Positions 19,481-28,941 are shown, numbered from the stretch's first letter. The stretch: DNA of 44,018 bases from Candidatus Hydrogenedentota bacterium (GCA_034669905.1 JAXMOL010000061.1:1-44018), one strand, 5' to 3'. Numbers and translations: made by a program. The notes: generated by a model from the letters alone, not told the origin.

Positions 19481-19936
19481 ATGGTTGAAAAGAAAGTTTC
19501 CCGCCGCAGTTTTTCGTCTCTGACCCTTGCCGCCGCCGCCGGTATTGTGGGTGGCTCCCGCATGGCCTCCGCCGCCGACAGGGGCTCTGGCACCAAGAAA
19601 AAAAAGGCGGACGCGGATTTTCCCGTGGATCCTGCGCTGTTGCTCCAAGACCCGAATGTATGTCGCGGGCTGAACAGCTGCAAGGACCACGGTAAGGGCG
19701 ACCACGCCTGTGCGGGCCAAGGTGCCTGCGCCACGGCCAAGGCCCATGCCTGTAATGGGATGAACGAGTGCAAAGGCCAAGGCGGTTGTGGCGGCTATCC
19801 CGGACAGAACAACTGCAAAGAGCACGGGCATTGCGCTGTTCCCCTCAGTAAGGACTCCTGGGAACTCGCCCGCAAACAATATGAACACCTCATGACGAGC
19901 CTCGACAAGAAATTCAGTCCTGCGCCTTCTGTCTAA
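19481..19936 (+). CDS. Tat-exported Cys-rich bufferin-like (BufA2-like) RiPP precursor/metallophore
   Basis: SRRSF twin-arginine signal; 9 Cys in Cx5C repeats (CRGLNSC, CAGQGAC, CNGMNECKGQGGC, CKEHGHC); adjacent to DUF692. Confidence 0.8.
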   Translation: MVEKKVSRRSFSSLTLAAAAGIVGGSRMASAADRGSGTKKKKADADFPVDPALLLQDPNVCRGLNSCKDHGKGDHACAGQGACATAKAHACNGMNECKGQGGCGGYPGQNNCKEHGHCAVPLSKDSWELARKQYEHLMTSLDKKFSPAPSV

Positions 19937-20032
19937 CCTCTTCTCTATGTATCCGGACTCCCCTGGCGGGTCGGCTCTTCCCTTTCCCGCCCCCGCCAGG
20001 GGGAATTCCCCAGGCAACTAAGGAAATGAACC

Positions 20033-20965
20033 ATGCCAGAAACTGCCCGACTTGGATTGCCCAATCTTGGCCTCGGCCTCGGACTTCGATCGGTTCACTT
20101 CAGCCACATACTGGAGCACTGGCCGGAGGTGGACTGGTTTGAGGTGATCAGCGAAAACTTTATGGATTCTCAGGGGCGGCCACGCCGCATCGTGGAGCAA
20201 ATCGCTGAGCGATATCCCGTGGTCATGCATGGCGTTTCCCTATCCATCGGCTCGACCGATCCCCTGAATTTCGACTACCTTCGGAAACTGAAATCACTCG
20301 CGGAAAGCATTGCTCCCAAGTGGGTTTCCGACCATATCTGCTGGACCGGCGTCGCCGCGAAAAACACCCATGACCTCCTCCCTATCCCGTTCACCGAAGA
20401 GACACTGCAACATGTAATCGAGCGCGTTCATGTGGTCCAGGATTACATGGAGCGCCCCCTGGTCCTGGAGAACCCCAGTTCCTACGTCGAATTTCAGGGC
20501 TCCACCATGGGCGAAGCGGAATTCATCTCTCGGCTGGCGGATGAGACGGGCTGCGGATTGCTCCTCGACGTCAATAATGTTTACGTGTCCAGCTTCAACC
20601 ACGACTTGGACCCCGCAGAATTTATTCGCGCTGTTCCCCACGACCGCATCGTCCAATTTCACCTGGCCGGCCACACCAACTACACAACGCACCTTATTGA
20701 CACCCACGACGGGCACGTCATCGACCCGGTCTGGGAGCTCTACCACCTCGCCCACCAACTCACCGGCGGTGTCTCCACACTGCTGGAATGGGACGCGAGC
20801 ATCCCGCCCTTTCCCGAACTGCACGAGGAAGTATTGAAGGCCAAGCATTTTATGAAGAAGCACCTGCCTGCGGCCCGATCAACGGAAAGCACGTCAATGG
20901 CTGCCGACATGGGCGAAGAAAGTTCTCCCCACCCGCTTCACTACGTCTCCGCTGAAGTCGAATGA
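20033..20965 (+). CDS. DUF692 family multinuclear non-heme iron oxidase (MNIO, BufB/MbnB-like)
   Basis: [50 protein letters not shown]. Confidence 0.92.
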   Translation: MPETARLGLPNLGLGLGLRSVHFSHILEHWPEVDWFEVISENFMDSQGRPRRIVEQIAERYPVVMHGVSLSIGSTDPLNFDYLRKLKSLAESIAPKWVSDHICWTGVAAKNTHDLLPIPFTEETLQHVIERVHVVQDYMERPLVLENPSSYVEFQGSTMGEAEFISRLADETGCGLLLDVNNVYVSSFNHDLDPAEFIRAVPHDRIVQFHLAGHTNYTTHLIDTHDGHVIDPVWELYHLAHQLTGGVSTLLEWDASIPPFPELHEEVLKAKHFMKKHLPAARSTESTSMAADMGEESSPHPLHYVSAEVE

Positions 20966-20972
20966 GCACCCC

Positions 20973-21920
20973 ATGAAGCATAACCTCCCGAACCCCGCTG
21001 CAGTCCAATCGTGGCCTGATCTATCCGTCGTACAGCGATGGTTTCAGTCCGTCGTAACCCACCCCGACGGCGTCGAAGCCGGAGTCGAGTCACCCGAAGC
21101 GTCCGAACTCGTGCCCCTGACCCGGGGTGAACTGGAAGTCATGATCACCCGCTCGAAACGGGTTTCCGCACGAGACCGTATCGCCATCTATGCAAACGCC
21201 TACTACGCCCGTCTACTCGAATGCATTGGCGAATCCTATCCCGTACTCAAGCAGACCCTCGGCGAAGAGGCATTCAATGGACTCGCCTTCGGCTACCTGC
21301 AGCACTACCCGTCACGCTCGTATACGTTGGGGCACCTTGGCGACCGCTTTGCCGACTACCTTAACGAAACCCGGCCTGACAAAACGGACGACGGGGGCGC
21401 TGACGGAGAAAGGGCGCCCGCCTGGCCCGATTTCCTCATCGATCTGGCCAAACTGGAGTGGACCATTGCCCTGGTATACGATGGGCCAGGCATCGAAGAG
21501 ACGCCAACGCTGAGCGCGGAGCAAATAGGTTCCATAACAGCCGATACCTGGCCCCAGATCGGGCTGCGAACAGTCCCTTGCCTCCACCTGCTCAAGCTGA
21601 ACTTCCCACTGAATATCTACTACACTGAAGTCAGGAAAGCCACCGACGGCGCGATACCTCCCTTACCCGCCGCCAAAGAATCCTACATTGCGGTCACCCG
21701 TCGTGACTACATCGTCCGTCGCCACGACCTCAGCCCCCTTCAATATCTTCTGCTACAAGCACTACAAAACGGCGCGACACTGGACGATGCCATTGCGAAC
21801 GCCGCCGCGAACAATGAACTGTCCGAGGAAGCCCTTGTCGTAGCATTGACCCAATCATTCAGCGATTGGACCCGGATGAAATTCTTCGAGACGGTCGTTT
21901 ATCCCGAGTTTATGGGGTAG
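20973..21920 (+). CDS. DUF2063 family MNIO partner protein (BufC/HvfC-like)
   Basis: RIAIYANAYYARL..YP..LGEEAF, YPSRS, DLAKLEW; follows DUF692. Confidence 0.85.
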   Translation: MKHNLPNPAAVQSWPDLSVVQRWFQSVVTHPDGVEAGVESPEASELVPLTRGELEVMITRSKRVSARDRIAIYANAYYARLLECIGESYPVLKQTLGEEAFNGLAFGYLQHYPSRSYTLGHLGDRFADYLNETRPDKTDDGGADGERAPAWPDFLIDLAKLEWTIALVYDGPGIEETPTLSAEQIGSITADTWPQIGLRTVPCLHLLKLNFPLNIYYTEVRKATDGAIPPLPAAKESYIAVTRRDYIVRRHDLSPLQYLLLQALQNGATLDDAIANAAANNELSEEALVVALTQSFSDWTRMKFFETVVYPEFMG

Positions 21921-21987
21921 CGGAAACAGAGTCCGCGTCCTGAAGGACGTCCACGTGTATGAGATTCACTAACCAAACACGTCGACC

Positions 21988-22587
21988 CTACCGATCGTTC
22001 ATCCATCCCGTCTCAGCCGTTACCGCCACATCCCACTGCGGCTTCCAGTCTTCTTTACGGAGGAAGGCCGTATCTTCGTGGGTGGAATAAATCGTGACAC
22101 GGTCGCTGGCGCGGTATTCCCCGGCGCGCAAGATGCCCTCGCAGTGAGGACCGACCCCCTCGATGTCTTCGGGGACGGTCAAAACCATCTCTACGCGGTC
22201 CGTGTTTGCAATGGCGAACCGTTGATCCGAGACAAAGCCGAAATAGATTTCCGTGGGCGACTCTGCGGACGTGCACGAAATCTCCTCCCAACCTTCCGTA
22301 ATGTTCCCATTTTCGAAGACGGTAATCCGTTCGCGTTGATCGTCCCGCACGATGTCGAGGGTCAGCGTTCCCGCAAGAAAGGCGGCGCGCTCCTGGAAAA
22401 CCCAGTGGTAGGTTGTTTGTGCAATCGGCAGTTTGAAGTAGATGGTCCGGGGAGCGGGCTGAGCGAGCCGTTGTTCGGCTTCCAATTCCTCCGCGTTCTG
22501 GGATGGCGGAGATTCATAAGACGCCGAAAAAAACACCTGAAACAGGATACCCACCACGATTGCCGCCCAAAGTACCCTGTTGGCCAT
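21988..22587 (-). CDS. Hypothetical membrane-anchored/exported protein
   Basis: 199-aa ORF with an N-terminal hydrophobic helix; GAGGGGA upstream. Confidence 0.55.
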   Translation of the reverse strand: MANRVLWAAIVVGILFQVFFSASYESPPSQNAEELEAEQRLAQPAPRTIYFKLPIAQTTYHWVFQERAAFLAGTLTLDIVRDDQRERITVFENGNITEGWEEISCTSAESPTEIYFGFVSDQRFAIANTDRVEMVLTVPEDIEGVGPHCEGILRAGEYRASDRVTIYSTHEDTAFLRKEDWKPQWDVAVTAETGWMNDR

Positions 22588-22681
22588 GCTTGTGTTCCCC
22601 TCACCCGATCGGGCAGATGTATGGAGGCTTCGCCCCCATTACCCACTAAGCCCAGCCCCTTGACTGCCGAAAAATTAAAAA

Positions 22682-23041
22682 TGGTGGAGGCGGCGGGAAT
22701 CGAACCCGCGTCCGAAAGTGTGTCCACGAAGGCGTCTACGTGCATAGCCCGTCTTTTGAGATTCGCCGCCTCAGGTCGCGTCAGGCGCGCTACCAAAGGT
22801 CGCTAGTTGGAGACCTACTCTGCCGCTCGTTCCAACAACGGCACGGCGCGAGACCCACTGTGGTGCGTCTTATCCCCCTAGCAGGTGGTCAGAGGTAAGA
22901 CGAGGTCGCTAAATTAAGCGGCCATTGCGAATTCGTGTTGATCGTTCGCAGTTAATTGGGTTCCGGTTTTTTACGAGGCCACCGGAGTCCTCGGCACGCA
23001 ACCAACGTTTCTTTCACCCCCGTCGAGACCATGTCGCCCCC
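22682..23041 (-). ncRNA. ssrA: tmRNA (transfer-messenger RNA), tag peptide (A)ANDQHEFAMAA
   Basis: 5' GGGGGCG pairs with 3' CGCCTCC-ACCA (G3.U Ala identity); T-arm GGTTCGATTCC; tag ORF 22949-22914 ends AMAA-TAA. Confidence 0.95.
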
Positions 23042-23197
23042 ACGAAGTTTGGGATAACGTTGCGCACGACGTGTTTCAACATCACGCCGGGCATTACTTA
23101 TTATGCCACAGATCACACCGTGGGGTCCATCGGTATTTCGACGCCACGGGGCCTGTGTCTATCAATACACCCGGGTATGCACATTTATTCGGAGAAA

Positions 23198-23251
23198 GTG
23201 GGACGAGTGGGACCGGTGGGACGAGTGGGACCGGTGGGACCTGTAGGACGA
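23198..23251. repeat. Degenerate 9-bp tandem repeat (GTGGGACGA/GTGGGACCG)
   Basis: About 6 units read directly. Confidence 0.85.
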
Positions 23252-23285
23252 GCGGAGCAAGGGCCAAATTGGAAATAGCGCGCCC

Positions 23286-23324
23286 ACTGTCAACTGTCAA
23301 CTGTCAACTGTCAACTGTCAACTG
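23286..23324. repeat. Heptamer tandem repeat (ACTGTCA)x5.5
   Basis: Read directly; contains the stop codon of the 23304-23978 ORF. Confidence 0.9.
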
Positions 23325-23978
23325 CTTCCGCGTTTCCGTCTGGCACAGGAAGAAGGCCCACCCGAGGCCTGCACCGAAGCCTGCCCCATAGGCCACGGCC
23401 CAGCTGGCGTGGGCAAGGGCACTGCGGGTTGAAGACGCGACGGGGAGCCCTTCGAGGGCACCTATCCAGCCATCGAGGACGCCGCCCACGAAGTAGCCGA
23501 GGGCGTTCAGGATAAACAGGGCCGCGATGACCTTGAGCGCTTCTCGACGGGCATCAAAGGCCCAGGCCATCATCCCCCCCATCAGCACGGTGCCGGACAG
23601 CAAGCCCACAACACTGCCGCCGTGGCCCTTCCACAGCATCCAACCCACCGTCCAGGCGATGGAATAGGCGGCGAATGCGGGGGTAAAGAGCTTGTAGAAA
23701 CGGGAGAGGGAGCCAGGTCCGATGATGAGGCGGTGCATCAACAGACCGGACGCCGCGATGAAGACCACGGCACACACAGCGTAGAGTCCGGCCTCGCCCA
23801 CATGACGGTAGAACCAGCCTCCCGCCAGGACCCAGGGTGCGAAGCCCAAGAGGCTGACCAAGGTAAAGCCCAACACGCCGCGAAGCAACGAGCCAGAACG
23901 CGACGGCACCGCTGCCGGGCGTCCGCTGGCCTGAATCCGTTCGGCCACCTGTCGGGGGTCCAATTGAAACCAGCTCAT
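23304..23978 (-). CDS. Hypothetical multi-pass membrane protein
   Basis: 224-aa ORF with ~6 Gly-rich TM segments; AAGGAG upstream. Confidence 0.7.
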   Translation of the reverse strand: MSWFQLDPRQVAERIQASGRPAAVPSRSGSLLRGVLGFTLVSLLGFAPWVLAGGWFYRHVGEAGLYAVCAVVFIAASGLLMHRLIIGPGSLSRFYKLFTPAFAAYSIAWTVGWMLWKGHGGSVVGLLSGTVLMGGMMAWAFDARREALKVIAALFILNALGYFVGGVLDGWIGALEGLPVASSTRSALAHASWAVAYGAGFGAGLGWAFFLCQTETRKQLTVDS

Positions 23979-24164
23979 CGGGTGAAAGCTCCTTCTGCCA
24001 ACGGGTAGGGGCCCCCGTCATTGCAGGAAAGGTGGCACCCTATACCCGACCCTCCGAATGGTACGTTAGACAGGTGCCACGCTGCAATGGACACCGTAAA
24101 TCTGAAATGGGAGGCCGGAATGGGGTAGCATGGCGGTCGTACTGTTTACCCAGGAGAACCCCTC

Positions 24165-24809
24165 ATGAGATTTGCACTCCTCTTCTTGAGCGCCGCCGTG
24201 TTGACCATGGCATCCCCACAGGCCGCCGAATCAGACCATGGCTGGAAGCCCCTCTTTGATGGGAAAAGCTTCGCCGGTTGGGAGGGCGACCTCACCAAGT
24301 TCCGCATCGAAGAGGGGGCCATCGTCGCGGGCAACATGACGGACACCCTGAAGCACAACTATTTCCTCTGCACAACCGAGCGCTATGACCATTTCGAGTT
24401 GCGGCTCCAGGTGAAGCTCGTGGGCGAAAACGCCAACGCGGGCATCCAGTTGCGCACGGAGCGCATCCCCAACGACACGGAAGTCATCGGCTACCAGGCG
24501 GACATGGGCCAGCAGTATTGGGGCTGCCTCTATGACGAATCACGCCGGCGTAAAATCCTGCAGCAGCCCGACCCCGAACTCATCAAGAAAACGCTGAAAC
24601 CCGGCGAGTGGAATGACTACCGCATCCGTTGTGATGGGAAGCGTATCCAGCTCTGGCTCAATGGCGTGCAGACCGTGGATTACACGGAAGAAGACGCAGG
24701 CATCGCCGAGACGGGCGTGATTGCCTTGCAGATTCACAGTGGTCCTCCGGCGGAAGCGAGCTATAGAGCCATTCAAATCCGGAAGTTAACGGTACCTTCG
24801 GCAGAGTAA
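24165..24809 (+). CDS. DUF1080 / 3-keto-disaccharide hydrolase family protein, exported
   Basis: WKPLFDGKSFAGW, NAGIQ, GYQAD, GEWNDY, GVIALQIH; AGGAG RBS. Confidence 0.88.
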   Translation: MRFALLFLSAAVLTMASPQAAESDHGWKPLFDGKSFAGWEGDLTKFRIEEGAIVAGNMTDTLKHNYFLCTTERYDHFELRLQVKLVGENANAGIQLRTERIPNDTEVIGYQADMGQQYWGCLYDESRRRKILQQPDPELIKKTLKPGEWNDYRIRCDGKRIQLWLNGVQTVDYTEEDAGIAETGVIALQIHSGPPAEASYRAIQIRKLTVPSAE

Positions 24810-24925
24810 GCGCCAATTCAAAACACGGACAAATCCTTGCGGACCTGTACGTCGCACCCGACGCCCCCCTGGCGGCTGGCCGGGTACCGCCCTAAGCTAC
24901 CGCAACGTGGAACAGGAAAACGCCC

Positions 24926-25843
24926 ATGAAATCACAACGCTGGACCGACGCTGAAATTCCCGATCAGACCGGGCGCATCGCCCTTGTCACGGGTGCCAAC
25001 TCGGGCATCGGCTATGAGGCCGCCCGGGTGCTCGCCGAAAAGGGGGCGACGGTCGTCCTCGCGTGTCGCAGCCAGGCACGGGGCGAAGACGCGGTGGCCC
25101 GCATCGAGGCGCTGAACCCCACGGGGGAAGTCCGTTTTGAGGCGCTCGATCTCGCCTCCCTGAAATCCGTGGCCGACTTCGCCGACCGCATGAAAACGGC
25201 GTTCCCCGCCATCGACCTGCTCATCAACAATGCGGGCGTCATGATACCGCCCTTTTCCCGGACCGAGGAAGGCTTTGAGCTCCAGTTCGGCGTGAACCAC
25301 CTCGGGCACTTCGCCCTCACGGCGCAACTCCTCCCCCACCTCAAGGCCGAAGACGGTAGCCGGGTGGTGGTCCTGAGCAGCGTGGCCAGCCGTATGGGGC
25401 CCATCGACTATGAGGACCCCAATTATGAGCGTAAGCCCTATAAAGCATGGCCCGCCTATTGCCAGAGTAAACTGGCCAACCTGGTCTTCGCCGAACACCT
25501 GGAAGAAAAGCTGAACGCCGCAGGCAGTCCCGTCCACTGTGTGGCCGCCCATCCCGGCTGGACCAATACGGACCTGCAGCGCAGCTGGTTGGCCGCACGA
25601 ATCTTCGGAAAGATCTGCGCCATGGCACCGCCCCAAGGCGCCCTGCCCACCCTCTATGCCGCCACCGCACCCGATGCCCGGGGTGGCTGTTTCTATGGGC
25701 CCGATGGACTCTTCGAAGCCCGTGGCTATCCGGTAGGCGTGAAGAAACAGAACCGCACCAATCGCGCGGCCTTCACGGCGGAGAACAAAGAACGGCTCTG
25801 GACCCTTTCGGAGGAAATGACGGGAATGAAGTTTGAAGTTTGA
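24926..25843 (+). CDS. Short-chain dehydrogenase/reductase (retinol dehydrogenase/WWOX-like)
   Basis: TGANSGIG, NNAG, NHLGHF, YCQSK, HPG. Confidence 0.9.
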   Translation: MKSQRWTDAEIPDQTGRIALVTGANSGIGYEAARVLAEKGATVVLACRSQARGEDAVARIEALNPTGEVRFEALDLASLKSVADFADRMKTAFPAIDLLINNAGVMIPPFSRTEEGFELQFGVNHLGHFALTAQLLPHLKAEDGSRVVVLSSVASRMGPIDYEDPNYERKPYKAWPAYCQSKLANLVFAEHLEEKLNAAGSPVHCVAAHPGWTNTDLQRSWLAARIFGKICAMAPPQGALPTLYAATAPDARGGCFYGPDGLFEARGYPVGVKKQNRTNRAAFTAENKERLWTLSEEMTGMKFEV

Positions 25844-26091
25844 AGAGAGAAGTTTGAAGTTTGAAGTTTGAAGAGAGAAGAGAGAAGAGAGAAGAGAGAA
25901 GAGAGAAGAGAGGAGTTTGAAATCATCTTCAGCCCTCAGCTTTCACCCTTCACCCTTCACCCTTCACCCTTCACCCTTCACCCTTCACCCCTCACCCTTC
26001 ACCCTTCAAACTTCACCCTTCACCCTTCACCCTTCACCCTTCACCCTTCACCCTTCACCCTTCAAACTTCAAACTTCAAACTTCAAACTTC
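25827..26091. repeat. Composite heptamer repeat tract (GAAGTTT, GAAGAGA, CTTCACC, CTTCAAA)
   Basis: Read directly; the GAAGTTT and AAACTTC blocks are reverse complements. Confidence 0.9.
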
Positions 26092-26154
26092 CCATATGCT
26101 ACACTGGCCCCTTTACTTGTCCTCCAAGCGGTCAACCCTTAAGGAAATTGGTAT

Positions 26155-28941
26155 ATGCTGCTTCGTATTATGCTCACAACGCTGCTCGTTGCCCTCGCGA
26201 TTCCATCCGCCCACGGCGAGGAGCCTAAGCCATTCACCTTCGGTACCATTGCCGACTGCCAATACTGTGATGCCGACACGGGCGGTGTTCGCTTCTATCG
26301 CAACTCCCCGGCAAAGCTGGAAGCGGCGGTGAAGCATCTCAACACCCTCGACCTGGAGTTCACGGTCCATCTTGGGGATTTCATCGACAAGGATTGGGAA
26401 AGCTTCGATGTGGTCGGGCCTATCTATCAGAGCCTGAAGATGCCTGCCTACCACGTCCTCGGCAACCACGACTTCTCCGTGGCGGATGACAAGAAGGCCG
26501 ATGTCCACCGTAAGCTCGGCATGCCCGCACGGTACTATGACTTCATGGTCCATGGCTGGCGCTTCGTGGCGCTGGACGGCAACGACGTGAGCTTCCATGG
26601 CTACCCCAAGGATAGCCCTGAATACGCGGCCGCCGAAAAGTACTATGTCGACAACAAGATTGAGTCGCCCAAGTGGAATGGCGCTATCGGCGAAGAGCAG
26701 CTCACTTGGCTGCGGGGCGTTTTGGACGACGCGACCCAGCGGGGCGAATCCGTGGTGCTCATGGCCCACTTCCCCGTCTTCCCGGAAAATGTCCACAACC
26801 TCTGGAATGCCAAGGATATCCTCGCCCTTGCCGATGAGTATTCCTGCATCAAGGCCTATATCAACGGCCACAACCACAAGGGCAACTACGGCGAACGCAA
26901 CGGCGTCCACTACGTGACCTTCAAGGGCATGGTGGACACCGAAGACAACGCCTACTCCACCGTGACCGTCACCCCCACGGAGCTACAGATTACCGGCTTT
27001 GGTCGCCAGGAAGACCAAACCCTGACCATTCGCAAGGATGCCCTGCTGAGCCCTGCGCCCGACCTTATCAGCCTCGTTCCGCCCCTGTGGTCGGATGTCC
27101 ACAAGAGCACGCCGGGAAGCGACGTGAAACTGCCCATTGCCGATACGCCGTTCATGGAGCATGTGTCCTCCCTCGTTCCACCGGAGGAATCACCTCAAAG
27201 CCGCAAGTTGGCAGTCTTCGCGCAGGATCCCTCCAAATGGGTTTCCACGCCTGCTATCGAGCACGCTGGTGAAACGTGGATTGGAACGGAAGACGGACTC
27301 TATCACGGGAGCGAGCCTCCCTACGAGCGGCATGTCAGTTATGGCGTGGATGGCCCGCTTTCAAATCAGATTGCGGACATGGCCGTAGACTCACGCGACA
27401 CACTATGGATAGCAACGCCAGCGGGTCTGAGTTCCAGAGACAGCGAAGGTAACTGGACCGCTATTCGAGGACGACAGGGGCTACCCTGGGAGGAGCTCAC
27501 TTCTATCGCGATCGACGCCCAGGACAGAATATGGGTTGGAAGCACTCGGGGTCTGATACAGTATCGGCCCTATTCGGAGGGACGTCAGTGGTACTATCGC
27601 GCTGGGCGACGATACCTTCCCCTCGACTACGTAAACGGAGTCAGGATCGCGCCCGATGGTACAACGGTACAGGCGCTTGCAGCCGCATGGACCGCTATAA
27701 GAGAAGAACCCCGCACCCTCCACGGCAAAGCAGAACACATGCTCGCCGAACTCCTCGAACGCAAGATGCGCCTCGGCATGCCCTCTCCCCCGCGCTACGA
27801 CGATGCCTACACGCAGACCAATCCCGTATGGGGCCCCCAGCCCAGCGATGGTCTCTGGACCTCCTATCACATTGCCTCCATGGCCATGGCCTACGCCCTC
27901 ACGGGCGAAGAACGCTACAAGGCCGCGGCGAAGGAGAGCATGGAGGCTATGTATCTCCTGCAGAACGTGACGGGCGTCACCGGCCTCGTGGCGCGCACCG
28001 TGGTCACGGCGGACGACCCCTACGTAGAGAAGGCCAAACAACAGGACAACTGGCACGAGACGGCCGACGGGAAATACTGGTGGCGCGATGATGTTTCCAG
28101 CGACCAGATCGACGGCCACTACTTCGCCTTCTACATGTACTACGAGCACATCGCGAAAAACGACCCCGCCGAGAAGGCGCGCCTCGTGAAGCAGCTTCGC
28201 CAGGTGACCGACTATATCGTGGACAACAACTACCAGATTCTCGACTGGGACGGTGAGCGGACCATGTGGGGGTGGTGGGACCCGGTCTCCCTGAACGATG
28301 AGCACATCCACTATCTCGAAAGTGGCATCTACTCGCTGATGATGTTGTCATTTCTGAAGACGACGCACTACATCACGGAAGACCAGAAATACGAAGACCT
28401 TTACGTCGACCTCATCCAGAACCACCACTACCTCGACAACCTGCTCTTGACGAAGAAGCTTTGGCCCGACGAAATGAACCATTCGGACGATCAGCTCGCG
28501 GCCATTTGCTTCTACCCCTTCCTCCAACTGGCGGAAGACCCCACGGTCCGGAATGCCTTGCACCGTGCGCTACGCCGCTATGCCCTCATTGAGCGCGACG
28601 AACGGAACAGCCTCATCGCCATGGTCTATGCCAGTGTCGACCCGGAAGACGCCGATGTGGAAGGGGCGGTGCAGACCCTGCGGGAAATGCCCCAGGACCG
28701 GCGCAATTGGAAGCAGGACAACAGCCACCGCGCCGATGTCATGTTTGACCCGCGGCCGAGCGTGCGGGGCAATGACATTCTGCTGCAACTGCTGCCCGCC
28801 GACGAACGTCTCTTCGAGCGGTGGAATCAGGACCCCTATCGCGCGGATAACGGGGGTGATGGGAAGAGCGATGGCGCGGGCGTGGACTACATGCTGGCCT
28901 ACTGGCTGGGTCGCTATCACGGGGTGATTGCCGCGCCATAG
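26155..28941 (+). CDS. Exported calcineurin-like metallophosphoesterase fused to propeller repeats and a probable (alpha/alpha)-barrel domain
   Basis: ADCQY, HLGDFID, LGNHD, HFP, NGHNH; WIGT/WIAT/WVGS repeats; SSDQIDGH. Confidence 0.75.
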   Translation: MLLRIMLTTLLVALAIPSAHGEEPKPFTFGTIADCQYCDADTGGVRFYRNSPAKLEAAVKHLNTLDLEFTVHLGDFIDKDWESFDVVGPIYQSLKMPAYHVLGNHDFSVADDKKADVHRKLGMPARYYDFMVHGWRFVALDGNDVSFHGYPKDSPEYAAAEKYYVDNKIESPKWNGAIGEEQLTWLRGVLDDATQRGESVVLMAHFPVFPENVHNLWNAKDILALADEYSCIKAYINGHNHKGNYGERNGVHYVTFKGMVDTEDNAYSTVTVTPTELQITGFGRQEDQTLTIRKDALLSPAPDLISLVPPLWSDVHKSTPGSDVKLPIADTPFMEHVSSLVPPEESPQSRKLAVFAQDPSKWVSTPAIEHAGETWIGTEDGLYHGSEPPYERHVSYGVDGPLSNQIADMAVDSRDTLWIATPAGLSSRDSEGNWTAIRGRQGLPWEELTSIAIDAQDRIWVGSTRGLIQYRPYSEGRQWYYRAGRRYLPLDYVNGVRIAPDGTTVQALAAAWTAIREEPRTLHGKAEHMLAELLERKMRLGMPSPPRYDDAYTQTNPVWGPQPSDGLWTSYHIASMAMAYALTGEERYKAAAKESMEAMYLLQNVTGVTGLVARTVVTADDPYVEKAKQQDNWHETADGKYWWRDDVSSDQIDGHYFAFYMYYEHIAKNDPAEKARLVKQLRQVTDYIVDNNYQILDWDGERTMWGWWDPVSLNDEHIHYLESGIYSLMMLSFLKTTHYITEDQKYEDLYVDLIQNHHYLDNLLLTKKLWPDEMNHSDDQLAAICFYPFLQLAEDPTVRNALHRALRRYALIERDERNSLIAMVYASVDPEDADVEGAVQTLREMPQDRRNWKQDNSHRADVMFDPRPSVRGNDILLQLLPADERLFERWNQDPYRADNGGDGKSDGAGVDYMLAYWLGRYHGVIAAP

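Noticed and set aside
22362..22806. tRNA or protein ORFs over the GGTTCGATTCC region
   Set aside because: Explained by the tmRNA 3' end; no anticodon arm; the ORFs are shadows
25868..26332. ORFs with HPSPFTL repeats
   Set aside because: Translation artefacts of the heptamer tract
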